A stretch of DNA of 51,995 nucleotides from contig CAJXBJ010000004.1 in the NCBI GenBank assembly GCA_913050195.1, positions 1 to 51,995 on the forward strand, in the 5' to 3' direction. Both the position numbers and the translations under genes were made by a program. Below, piece by piece: positions 9,889-20,200 of this stretch. The first letter of the stretch is position 1. Each line of letters starts with the position of its first letter. The DNA comes from an uncultured Saprospirales bacterium (GTDB taxonomy: Bacteria > Bacteroidota > Bacteroidia > Chitinophagales > CAJXBJ01). The notes under the pieces are model-generated. The model worked only from the letters and a program-made list of their open reading frames with translations, was not told the DNA's origin and ran no database searches.

Positions 9889-11204
9889 TTAGGAAACACA
9901 ATTCCTGGATAATCGCCTACAGATAATAGAGGGATTTTTGAAAAATAAGTGTCGTTTAGTGCTTTTATAAATTCGTTAGCAATAAGAGCTGAGCCTCTAG
10001 GATTCGGATGGATGCCATCTAAGGAAATTGCACCACCCTCAATATAAGTTTGTGAAAGTGTAATTCCATCTATGGTGATTCCATTTGGAAAACTCTCAAA
10101 ATAGGAATACATATCAACTACACCAACATCATAAGCCGATGCACTTGCCTTAATTTCTTGATTATAAGCCAAAACATAACTTGTAACTTCGGCAACTTCT
10201 GCAATGTCTAAAACTTGCTCATTTCCTAAAGGATCACTTTGTGAAGTCCCATTTTTATCTTCTATAGCCTGCCTAGTAGAAAGCATAAAGATATCGCCTT
10301 CTATAGCTTTTCTTATTTCTCCATTTCCAGTCTCAATCCACACATCATAATCATACATTGAAGGCGTAATAGTTGTAAAATAAGGAATAGTCAATATATT
10401 AGGTATTGTTGCACATACACCTTTTGCTCCATCTTCAGTAAGCACCTCCAAAACCTTATCATACTTTTCACGAAACTTACTAACCTCAGTATATTTATAA
10501 GCATCTATAGTTATACCAAAAAGATTATAGCTAACTTCCACAGCACCATTTGTAGCCATACCAAGCACGTCATTATTGCCCAACCAACAAGTAAATAAAG
10601 TGTGGTCGGCTATACTTATATGATCAATATATTCATTTGGATTAGTGGCTGTACCCCAATCTAAAAAAGATGCAAATGGATTTTTAATATTAAGCGCTTC
10701 CAAGCCATTTAAAACAAAATAATTAATATTTCGCTCTGCTGCATCTAAACCTACACAGTCTCTAAGTCTTACACCAGCTATTCCAAGATTGTTAAAACTA
10801 GTTCCTTTATGCATATCAAAAGCATCCCATGAAGCATCAGGACCATATCCTAATTCACTATTGGAGGATCGAATGACTTCTAAATCACCATCTATATATT
10901 CTAGGTGCGAATAGCCAGAACCATTCCCTGGTGCAATTGGCTGAATAAATTCTTCCATATCTGAATCAACCATCTTTAATTGCTTAGCGATAAGAGCTGG
11001 ATAAGAATACTTTTGTGTTTGCTCATAAAGACCTTCGTCTTGATAACCCTGTGTTAAGGAATTACCAACGGCTATATACTTAGAGAAATCTGCATTTCCT
11101 GAAGTCATATTTAACTCACCAAATCCAGCCTTTTTACACTGAATAAAAATCAAACAAATTGAAGCTATTAGTATATATAAATAGTTGTTTTTTTTAAACA
11201 TCAT
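9885..11204 (-). CDS. SGNH/GDSL hydrolase lipoprotein (lipolytic)
   Basis: GNSLTQG (block I), NNLGIAG, WLGNNDVL and SLDGIHPN (DxxH) motifs; lipobox FIQC. Start reassigned to ATG 11204 or 11201. Confidence 0.88.
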   Translation of the reverse strand: MMFKKNNYLYILIASICLIFIQCKKAGFGELNMTSGNADFSKYIAVGNSLTQGYQDEGLYEQTQKYSYPALIAKQLKMVDSDMEEFIQPIAPGNGSGYSHLEYIDGDLEVIRSSNSELGYGPDASWDAFDMHKGTSFNNLGIAGVRLRDCVGLDAAERNINYFVLNGLEALNIKNPFASFLDWGTATNPNEYIDHISIADHTLFTCWLGNNDVLGMATNGAVEVSYNLFGITIDAYKYTEVSKFREKYDKVLEVLTEDGAKGVCATIPNILTIPYFTTITPSMYDYDVWIETGNGEIRKAIEGDIFMLSTRQAIEDKNGTSQSDPLGNEQVLDIAEVAEVTSYVLAYNQEIKASASAYDVGVVDMYSYFESFPNGITIDGITLSQTYIEGGAISLDGIHPNPRGSALIANEFIKALNDTYFSKIPLLSVGDYPGIVFPN

Positions 11205-12498
11205 CACTGTTTTTTTCGGCCTTCTTAAATAGACTGCATTGATTAAATTGATATGATATTCCAATTCCTATAACACGCACATTTCGATTATATACTGCTT
11301 CAAAACCTGCTGCATCATAAGAACCACGCATCATAAAACTAGAGCTTAAGTAGGATATATCAATTTGAAATTGCTCATTTACGCTATATCCTAATCCTAG
11401 GGTATAACCAATATGATCTGTATCTGGAAGTTCAGGACTCACATATCCACTAGGTATAGGAGTATTATCCATATACATTCCTCCTCTTAAATAATATCTA
11501 TCAAAATAGCTATACTCAACCCCTAGCCTATATACGAAAACATCTTTCCAGTTTTTTATTATTTCAGAATCAGGTGTATCCTGATTTTCAAAATCAAAGC
11601 GTAGTGTATCGTACGAAGACCAAAATGTTTTACCTAATTCAAAACTAATTCCAAAGGTCTTATTTTCACTATTAAGCATACTTATATAAACACCGGCATT
11701 AAAAACTCCAGGCAAATTAATCTCAGAGCTAAAGCTTGTCTCCTCTGGAAATTTGGCAGCTAAGGAAAGCGGTATATCATGGAAATTTGCTTTTCCATTA
11801 TCTAATCCCAAAAGATAGTTTGATCTATATGAAAAACCTAATGTAATATTTGACTCTAGCATTGGATTATCGCTGTTAAACACCTTATAATAGGCACCTA
11901 AATTATACCCAGTAGTAGATCCTTGACCACTTAATAAGGCACTCCCATATGGGACACTTGCAGAACTAACCGGAACAGCCTTTTTATATTTAAAATCTCC
12001 CAAAACATAAGTAAAGCCAGCCCCTATACTTAAACGATCATCAAGCTTTAGCGCAATTGTAGGCTGAATCATAAATGTTGTTAGTCCTATATTTTGAACT
12101 ATATATTTTCCTTGCCAATCATCTTCAAAAGAAGCATTAGAGCCAAATTGATTATTGATTGCCAAACCCGCAGTCCACTTATGGCTGAGTTGTTTAGTAT
12201 AATATAATTGTATAGGAGTACCTACAGGGCTATTTTGATTTATATTAGATGTAGACAGTGTCTGTAAAGATACCTGTGGAAATATAAAACTACCTCCTAC
12301 CATTATATTATTTCCATATAAAGAAGTAATTGCTCCAGGATTGTAAAATACAGCAGAGGCATCTGAACAAACAGCGGTAAATGCCCCACCCATTCCGACT
12401 GATCTATGACCTTGTAGGTTAATTTGAAATCCTCCTGCATTAAGTTTAGTATTTCCAATAAATATAAGCAGTACACTAAAAAGAGCATATTTATTCAT
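11194..12498 (-). CDS. FadL/OmpP1/TodX-family outer-membrane transporter
   Basis: Signal peptide, then GGFQINLQG..GMGGA...DASAVFYNPGA hatch motif; amphipathic beta strands. Confidence 0.9.
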   Translation of the reverse strand: MNKYALFSVLLIFIGNTKLNAGGFQINLQGHRSVGMGGAFTAVCSDASAVFYNPGAITSLYGNNIMVGGSFIFPQVSLQTLSTSNINQNSPVGTPIQLYYTKQLSHKWTAGLAINNQFGSNASFEDDWQGKYIVQNIGLTTFMIQPTIALKLDDRLSIGAGFTYVLGDFKYKKAVPVSSASVPYGSALLSGQGSTTGYNLGAYYKVFNSDNPMLESNITLGFSYRSNYLLGLDNGKANFHDIPLSLAAKFPEETSFSSEINLPGVFNAGVYISMLNSENKTFGISFELGKTFWSSYDTLRFDFENQDTPDSEIIKNWKDVFVYRLGVEYSYFDRYYLRGGMYMDNTPIPSGYVSPELPDTDHIGYTLGLGYSVNEQFQIDISYLSSSFMMRGSYDAAGFEAVYNRNVRVIGIGISYQFNQCSLFKKAEKNSDDV

Positions 12499-12524
12499 AG
12501 AAAATGATTTAAAATGGAATCTAA

Positions 12525-12532
12525 CAAATGTA
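12525..12532 (-). promoter_or_regulatory. Bacteroidota primary-sigma -7 element for the fadL-like/SGNH pair
   Basis: TACATTTG on the minus strand (TAnnTTTG consensus), 26 nt before the ATG at 12498. Confidence 0.6.
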
Positions 12533-12538
12533 ATAAAT

Positions 12539-13237
12539 TCAAAGCGTATAGTTCAATAGCTCATATCTGATGTAATAGCCGCTTTGCCATGGTTCTCCTA
12601 TATTTTGCTTTGCAAGATGAGACGCTTCTTTATAATATAAACCAACATTCTTTGCATACTTTTCAATAAAATAGTCCTTTCTAATTAAACTAGTATCATT
12701 TTGTTGAACCACTAAAGCTGTACTATCAAAAAAATATCCGTTAATTGTATCAGGCTGATGCAAATCATAATAAGCAAAGTCCCATCCATCTAAATAGTCT
12801 AAATTGGGACCTGCATGTATATATGCATTACCTTTCCATGTGATATTTTCATTAAATGGAAAGATTAAATTGATTTGTCGTAAATTGTTTTCTACACGCT
12901 CTATCTTTTGCTCAAACTCATTTACTGTAACTATATCATTAATTATCCAAGATGTGCTGTCCGAATAGCGCTTATACCTTTCAATACGAAAAGTTAAGGC
13001 ACCTGTATTATCCCTAAAAGTATCCGCAACTAATTCTTTAAGCTGATAGTATGAAGAGTCAATTTTAACTGGCTCATAAAAGTCATCATAAAACAAAGAA
13101 TCAACAGCATATATTCTAATTTGCCCTAATTCTATGGGAAAATAATCAGAATCCTCATTTTCAACCAACTGATACTCTTTTTTACATGAAAAGAGACACA
13201 TTGCGATTAAGAAGAATGATGTAATGACTCTGTTCAT
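12539..13237 (-). CDS. Hypothetical lipoprotein
   Basis: Lipobox LFSC; DYFPIELG...YAVDS and EKYAKNVGLYYKE motifs seen in Bacteroidota lipoproteins. Function unknown. Confidence 0.75.
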   Translation of the reverse strand: MNRVITSFFLIAMCLFSCKKEYQLVENEDSDYFPIELGQIRIYAVDSLFYDDFYEPVKIDSSYYQLKELVADTFRDNTGALTFRIERYKRYSDSTSWIINDIVTVNEFEQKIERVENNLRQINLIFPFNENITWKGNAYIHAGPNLDYLDGWDFAYYDLHQPDTINGYFFDSTALVVQQNDTSLIRKDYFIEKYAKNVGLYYKEASHLAKQNIGEPWQSGYYIRYELLNYTL

Positions 13238-14340
13238 CCAAAGGTGTCATTTCCCGAATAAATAATACCTCCTCCTATAACATCTTCACCCTCATAAAAA
13301 ACTGCAGATTGACCTGGTGCTACCCCATAAGCACCTCCATAAAAAACAACTTTAAGTTTTCCTTCTTCCTCAAAAACTTGACTTTCTTGCCCAACATCAT
13401 GATGTCTTATCTTTGTAATTACTTCAAGCCCATTTGGCCATTTATCATATTTTGATAAATTCGTTTTATAAACTAGCATTTCATGCCTTTTGAGCTCTTC
13501 TTTCTCACCAAGTACCACTTGATTTTCCTCAGCATTAATTCCCGTAACGTACATTGGCTTACCGAGAGCAACTTCTAATCCTTTTCTCTGACCTATAGTA
13601 TAAAATGGATAGCCCCTGTGCTTTCCTACAACAGTGCCATTGTTAAGGACAAAAGATCCGCCATTTAGTTTTTCTTCTAAACCATCTACTCGTTTTTTTA
13701 GAAAAGATCGATAATCATTATCTGGAATAAAACAAATCTCATAGCTCTCACTTTTACGAGCAATTTCATTAAAACCAAAATCAATGGCCATTTGCTTTAT
13801 TTCCTCTTTGGTATACTCGCTCAAAGGAAATAAGCTTCGAGACAAACTTTCCTGGCTTAAGCCCCATAAAACATATGATTGATCTTTTCTAGGATCTTTA
13901 CCTTTAGAAACATAATAACGACCATTCTTTTCATTAATATTTGCATAGTGACCTGTAGCAATAAACTGACAATTTAAAGCATCTGCACGTTTCAAAAGTG
14001 CTTCCCATTTAATATGTGTATTGCATAAGACACAAGGATTAGGTGTTCTTCCTGCCATATATTCTTCAACAAAATTATCAATGACATAATCACCAAACTC
14101 TGAGCGTATATCTAAAATGTAATGTGGAAACCCTAGTTCAACCGCTACTATACGGGCATCATTTATTGAGTCTAAACTACAACAACCCGTCTCTTTTGAA
14201 GAAGCTCCAGATGATGCATAATCCCAGGTTTTCATAGTAATCCCTACAACTTCATAACCCTTCTTATGCAATAACATGGCAACCACCGAACTGTCCACAC
14301 CACCACTCATGGCAACTAAAACTCTCTTCTTAAAACTCAT
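13234..14340 (-). CDS. mnmA: tRNA-specific 2-thiouridylase
   Basis: AMSGGVDSS, TPNPCVLCN, IATGHYA, KDQSYVL, ESYEICF, YTIGQRKGL and APGQSAVFY motifs. Confidence 0.97.
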   Translation of the reverse strand: MSFKKRVLVAMSGGVDSSVVAMLLHKKGYEVVGITMKTWDYASSGASSKETGCCSLDSINDARIVAVELGFPHYILDIRSEFGDYVIDNFVEEYMAGRTPNPCVLCNTHIKWEALLKRADALNCQFIATGHYANINEKNGRYYVSKGKDPRKDQSYVLWGLSQESLSRSLFPLSEYTKEEIKQMAIDFGFNEIARKSESYEICFIPDNDYRSFLKKRVDGLEEKLNGGSFVLNNGTVVGKHRGYPFYTIGQRKGLEVALGKPMYVTGINAEENQVVLGEKEELKRHEMLVYKTNLSKYDKWPNGLEVITKIRHHDVGQESQVFEEEGKLKVVFYGGAYGVAPGQSAVFYEGEDVIGGGIIYSGNDTFG

Positions 14341-14349
14341 AATGCACTG

Positions 14350-14403
14350 TAAAGATACAACAAATGATGTTTCTAGGATATAAGTTAATTAGTGATATCT
14401 TTG
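14350..14403. promoter_or_regulatory. Divergent -7 promoter elements (mnmA / T9SS cargo)
   Basis: TATCTTTA on minus (14350-14357) and TATCTTTG on plus (14396-14403). Confidence 0.6.
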
Positions 14404-14421
14404 TTATAGAATTAATTAAAC

Positions 14422-16290
14422 ATGCAGAAAGCATTATTATGTCTATTGTTTTGGTCTATTTTTTGGCTTAATTATGGCCAAATTAATGAAGCAAAGCATG
14501 AGTCATTTTCTATACCTAAGCGCATTTCTATTGAGTTACAAAATGCTCCTGGATGGAAGTTTAGCATTCAAAATCAAGAAATGCCATTCCCTGGCAATGG
14601 GTCCTATAGAGGGCATTTAATGGGGCTTAGACAAAGTTTTGCAAAACCCATCACCCCAAAATTGCTAGATACTTTTATAGCTGACACACCGATTATTGCA
14701 TCATACTTTCAAGGAAATGGTTTTGCAGGTGGCACTCCACCAGATAATGCACTAGCTATCTCTGATGACAACTATCTAATCTCTTCAATAAACTCGGAAG
14801 TAAAAGCCTATCACATCTATGATAATGATAGTGTACCTGAAATGATACTAAATATATCTTTGGCTAATTTTTGTGACACATTAGGTTTAAGTGCGCACAA
14901 ATACGATCCAAAGCTTATTTATGACCCGGATGAGCACAAATTCATATTTATCTTTTTAATTGGCAGCCTAGATAGTTCAAACTATATAGTCTGTGCCTTC
15001 TCATCGTCATCTAACCCTTCTGATCCTTGGCATATATATGCGCTACCTGGAAACCCTTTAGATAATAAATGTTGGTCAGATTATCCTGCATTAGGACTAA
15101 GTAATAACGACCTATTTATTACTACAAACCAAATAATAACTGACTCCTCATGGCAAAGCGGCTTTAATGGAAGCACAATTTGGCAAATTAATAAAGAAAG
15201 CGGATTTAGTGGAGATAGTCTCCAATCTTATCTATGGCACGATATAAAATATGATGGGAAATTTATACGGAATCTGCACCCAGTAAATGGTGCAAAAAAA
15301 AGTTATGGAGATAAAATGTACTTTTTATCAAATCGTAATTTTGACATAAAAAATGATAGTATATTCCTATTAAGTTTAAGTGGAGCAATTGGTGAAGACT
15401 CTTTAGATCTATCTATTAATTGCTATAAAATGGATACTCCCTATGGGGTTCCTCCAGTTGCAAGGCAAGTAAACGATCATACTTTTGAAACAAATGATAG
15501 TCGTGTACTTGGTTCTTTTTTATTAGATAACAAAATTCACTTTGTTGGAAATACAATGAACTTTGAAACAAATACAGCTTCCATTTATCATGGTCAGTTG
15601 CAAGATTTAGAAGGCAAGCCTTTTATCAAAGGAAAAATATTCACAGACACGCTCGATTGGGGATATCCAAACATCTCATATTCCGGCAAATATGAAGGAG
15701 ATGATGAAGCTCTAATTTCTTTTCTACATAGTGGTCCAAATACTTTTTCAGGAAGCTCATGTATGTTTTATGACAAGTTTTTAGGTTACTCTAAACCTAT
15801 TATAGTTAAAAAAGGATCTTATTTAGTTAATACCATTGGTGGTACTTATGAAAGATGGGGCGATTATACTGGCAGCCAACGAAAATACAATGAAGATGGA
15901 ATTGTTTGGATTAGTGGTAGCTATGGACAAAAAAAAGAGGGAGGTTTTATTGATCAATATTTTAGCTCTACATGGATATATAAAGCCATAAGTCCAGATA
16001 CCAGTATGAGCGATCCAGTATTTATACCCGACTCTATGCAATTTTCTGCCTATCCTAATCCTGTTGAAGAATGGTTTAGCTGTCAATTTGATTTAGACAC
16101 TGAACGAAATTTAAATATTTCAGTATTTGACTTTAAAGGAAAGCTAATTAAAGTCTTGCTTGATGATGTTGTCGAAGCAGGCTATCATCATATAAACTTT
16201 CAACCAAATGGGATCAGTAAGGGAGTATATTTTTTGCGCGTAATCGATAAAAATCAAATTCTATTTTCTTATAAATTCATAAAGCTTTAA
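14422..16290 (+). CDS. Secreted protein with T9SS type A CTD; uncharacterised, probably beta-propeller, core
   Basis: Signal peptide; C-terminal AYPNPV...ISKGVYFLRV...YKFIKL; core with PPDNALA, YDPKLIYD, WSDYP and RWGDYT motifs. Confidence 0.8.
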   Translation: MQKALLCLLFWSIFWLNYGQINEAKHESFSIPKRISIELQNAPGWKFSIQNQEMPFPGNGSYRGHLMGLRQSFAKPITPKLLDTFIADTPIIASYFQGNGFAGGTPPDNALAISDDNYLISSINSEVKAYHIYDNDSVPEMILNISLANFCDTLGLSAHKYDPKLIYDPDEHKFIFIFLIGSLDSSNYIVCAFSSSSNPSDPWHIYALPGNPLDNKCWSDYPALGLSNNDLFITTNQIITDSSWQSGFNGSTIWQINKESGFSGDSLQSYLWHDIKYDGKFIRNLHPVNGAKKSYGDKMYFLSNRNFDIKNDSIFLLSLSGAIGEDSLDLSINCYKMDTPYGVPPVARQVNDHTFETNDSRVLGSFLLDNKIHFVGNTMNFETNTASIYHGQLQDLEGKPFIKGKIFTDTLDWGYPNISYSGKYEGDDEALISFLHSGPNTFSGSSCMFYDKFLGYSKPIIVKKGSYLVNTIGGTYERWGDYTGSQRKYNEDGIVWISGSYGQKKEGGFIDQYFSSTWIYKAISPDTSMSDPVFIPDSMQFSAYPNPVEEWFSCQFDLDTERNLNISVFDFKGKLIKVLLDDVVEAGYHHINFQPNGISKGVYFLRVIDKNQILFSYKFIKL

Positions 16291-16306
16291 TTAGAAATCC
16301 TCCATT

Positions 16307-17158
16307 TTGAATGAAACAATAAATATTTGCGAATGCCCTAGAGACGCTATTCAAGGCATTAAAGAATTTATTCCAACTGAGATAAAAGCCAAGTATTTAA
16401 ATCATTTAATACGTGTAGGCTATGATAAGTTAGATTTTGGAAGCTTTGTTTCGCCAAAGGCCATTCCGCAACTTAAAGACACAGCAGATGTCCTGGATAA
16501 ACTTGAGCTTAATCAACACACAAACTTACTTGCAATAATTGCTAATGAACGTGGGGCCAAAGATGCATGTGAGTTTGAAGAAATAAATTTTCTTGGCTTT
16601 CCTTTTTCTGTTTCTGAAATATTTCAGCAAAGAAATACTAATGCAAGCTTAGAAAAGGCATTTTATCGACTTCAAAATATTGCAGATTTAGCACATAAAC
16701 ACAGTAAAAACCTACAGGTTTATTTATCTATGGGTTTTGGCAATCCTTATGGAGAAAAATGGCATCCTGAAATAGTTTTAAACTGGTCAGAACGACTTAG
16801 CAATTTAAATGTAAAACATGTAGCACTATCTGATACAATTGGATGTTCTACAAAAGAAAGCATAACGTTTCTTTTTCAATCACTAAAAAAAGAGATTTCA
16901 GACATCACATATATTGCTCATTTGCATTCAACGCCTGATACATCAATGAGTAAAATTCAAGCGAGCTATGATGCTGGCTGTAGACATTTTGACTCAGCAA
17001 TAAAAGGGTTTGGAGGTTGCCCAATGGCTAAAGATGATTTAACAGGAAATATAGCTACAGAAAAGCTTTTTGAGTTTATGAGTTTAAATGGCATTAAACA
17101 CAATTACAACATAGAGGCTTTTAAACAATCTCTTCACTTTTCCAGCCAAGTCTTTTAA
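16307..17158 (+). CDS. Hydroxymethylglutaryl-CoA lyase
   Basis: ECPRDAIQ, GSFVSPKAIPQL, LSDTIG, AHLH, GFGGCP and GNIATE motifs; TTG start. Confidence 0.9.
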   Translation: MNETINICECPRDAIQGIKEFIPTEIKAKYLNHLIRVGYDKLDFGSFVSPKAIPQLKDTADVLDKLELNQHTNLLAIIANERGAKDACEFEEINFLGFPFSVSEIFQQRNTNASLEKAFYRLQNIADLAHKHSKNLQVYLSMGFGNPYGEKWHPEIVLNWSERLSNLNVKHVALSDTIGCSTKESITFLFQSLKKEISDITYIAHLHSTPDTSMSKIQASYDAGCRHFDSAIKGFGGCPMAKDDLTGNIATEKLFEFMSLNGIKHNYNIEAFKQSLHFSSQVF

Positions 17159-17179
17159 AGTAGTACACTTTAAAGCACA

Positions 17180-17201
17180 TATTAACGTTAGTCTGTTAAT
17201 A
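17180..17201. promoter_or_regulatory. Operator-like inverted repeat TATTAAC-N8-GTTAATA upstream of the TPR operon
   Basis: Perfect 7-bp arms at 17180-17186 and 17195-17201. Confidence 0.3.
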
Positions 17202-17260
17202 ATTTAAGGTAAGATCTCCCTCTTCTATCCTTATTTTTAGGCGATTATTTATACACTATT

Positions 17261-20200
17261 ATGAAGAAATCTATTTTTCTATTATTAGCACTATGTTTAA
17301 ATATTAGTGCTTTCTGTAATGATGGTATTGAACCTAACGCTTTTCAGTCTAGATACTTAAAAGCAAAAGAACTATATGAACAAGAAAGATATGGCCCTGC
17401 AAAAAAAGTATTTGAACAACTTGTGTCTAACTTTAATGATGGTTATAACCATTTAGAACTAAATACCCTCTCTCGCTATTACATTGCCTTATGTAATTAT
17501 GCCTTAAAAGATAAAAATACTTCAAATGTTATTGATGACTTTTTAAGAGATTACCCAGATCATAAATTATCTGAAAAACTCCGTTTCACCAAAGGGAAAT
17601 ATAAATTTGATAGAAAAAAATACAGAGCGAGTATTCAGCTATTTTCAATGGTAGATGAAAAACAGCTTAACAATGAAGAATTACTAGAATTGCACTTTAA
17701 AAGAGGTTATGCACACTTTTATTTCAAAGAATTTCAGAATGCTCTAACACACTTTATTGAGATTAGAGACATTCCATCTAAATATTACTACCCATGCAAT
17801 TATTACATCGCTTATATATCTTATTACAATAAAGATTATGATGAAGCGCTTAATAGCTTTTATAGAGTGAATGTATCTAAGTTATACAAAAAAGTAGTGC
17901 CGTATTATATTGCTCAAATTTACTTTATTAAAGGTCAATATGACAAGGTTATTGATTATGCCATGCCTTTACTTAAGAATCCCAACTTTAAATATTCACT
18001 AGAAACAACCTATTTAGTTGGAAAATCATACTTTAATACGGAAGATTATCATGAAGCACTTCCCTACTTAAGAGATTATATAAAAAATGCCCCAAAGTTA
18101 ATTCCAACAGACATATATAATTTGGGGTACTCTTACTATAAGGTTAATAATCACACAAAAGCCATTAAATGGTTAAAACAAATAAGCGATAATAAAGACA
18201 GCCTTTCTCAAAATGCAAATTACATTATAGCAAATGCTTTTTTAGCTGAAAATAAACAACGAGATGCTCGTGCAGCCTTCTATAAGACAAAACAAATTAA
18301 TGAAGATGCCAGCTTAACTGAAGTTGCTGCCTATAATCACGCAAAAATGAGCTATGAGCTAAAGCTCTATGAACCGGCCATTACTGATATGACTGCTTTT
18401 TTAGATACCTATTCTGAAAGTGCCTATCAAAAGGAAGGAAAAGAATTGCTTTCTCAAATGTTTATTTATACCAACAACTATCAAAATGCTATTAATGTCA
18501 TTGAATCTATTGAAAAGCCCTCACCTGCTGTTGAAGAGGCCTATCAAAGAGTATGTTACTTGAGAGCGATTGAATTATATAAAAGCAATGATGCTTCTTC
18601 TAGTATTAAATATTTTAAAAAATCTTTAATACAACCACTGGATAAGAATTTAAATGCTTCCACCTATTATTGGTTAGGAGAGGTTTCGTACTTAAATAAC
18701 AGATATAAGGAAGCACAAGATTACTTTAATCGCTTTTTAGAAATTTATCCATTGGCAAATAATTTACCAATTAATGAAAGGCCCTCTTTTGCATACTATG
18801 CCCTTGCTTACACATATTATAGAAGTGGCTCATTTAAAGATGCTTTGGTTTATTTTGAAAAATCCATAAGTGCCTTCAAGACTTATTCAGAAGAGGAAAA
18901 AAGGAACAAGCTATATTTAAAAACTTATCCTGATGTATTATTAAGAGCTGCTGATTGCAACTTTTTAGTTAAAAACTATAGAGAATCGATGGCATATTAT
19001 TCAGAATTGATTGATGGGAATTATTCAGATAGAGATTACGCAATTTTTCAAACAGCAATACTTTACGGCCTTGGGGGAAATGCAAATCCTAAAAAGAAAA
19101 TTGAAACCTTAAAAGTATTACTAAAAGACTATTCATGGTCAATGTATGCTGATGATGCTAGTTTTGAGTTGGGTGATACTTATTTTAACAACAATCAATT
19201 GGACAATGCTATTGATCAATTCAATAAGACAATAAAAGATTTTGGTGGCAGCAACTATCATAGAAAAGCCTTACTTAAGCTGGCACTAATTAACTATAAT
19301 AAAGAAGATTTGATTTCTGCAGAAAGTTATTGTAAAAATCTTTTGGATCAATTTCCCAATTCTGATGAGACAAAAGAAGTTGTACATATTTTAAAAGATA
19401 TCTATATCCAAAATGGTGATCCAGATGGTTTTCTTAAACTCAATGAATCCTATTCGGGAATTAATTTAAGTCTTGAGGCTCAAGATTCCATCATGTATTA
19501 TGCAGCTGAAAACCAATACATACAACAGTCATGTCAAAAAGCAATAGAGTTATTTACTAAGTATTTAGACCACTATCCACTTGGATATTTTGCACTTAAT
19601 GCGCATTATTACAAAGCGCAGTGCCTATTAAATGATGGGCAACATCAAGCCGCAATTAATAACTTAGAATTTGTTTTGGAGCAAGGAGGTTCTAAATATA
19701 AGGAAACTGCCTTAACACAATTAGCTAGTATCTATCATCATGAAAATGAAGATTGGACCAAAGCCCTTCAATTATATAGTCAATTGTACATAGGGACTTC
19801 AAACAAAACAAATAAAACAAAAGCTATAGAAGGTATTATAGCTGCCAATTACAACTTAAAAGATTATAAAAATTGCTTAGTGTATTGCGAACAACTAATC
19901 TCTGATTCAAGTCTGAATATTAGCAATGACGCATGGCTCCTATATGTAATGGGACAATCTTATCTTAATTTGAATAATTTAGATACAGCCTATATTTATC
20001 TGGATTCTTTAAGCAAGAATCATGATATTGAACAAGCGGTAGAAGGAAAATATTGGATGGCCTACATTAATTTTCAAAAAGGTGAATATGAAACTGCCAA
20101 AACCCAATGTTTTGATTTTATTAGTAATGAGTCTTCTGAAGAATATTGGCGGGTAAAAAGCTTTATTCTATTAGCAGATTTGTTTGCTATTGAGAAAAAT

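Noticed and set aside
11194-11264. Long apparent gene overlaps (11194-11264, 20430-20461, 34741-34805, 37883-37904)
   Set aside because: Artefacts of ORF-caller start choice. Downstream ATGs (11204, 20451, 34736, 37901) give normal N-termini and short or no overlaps.
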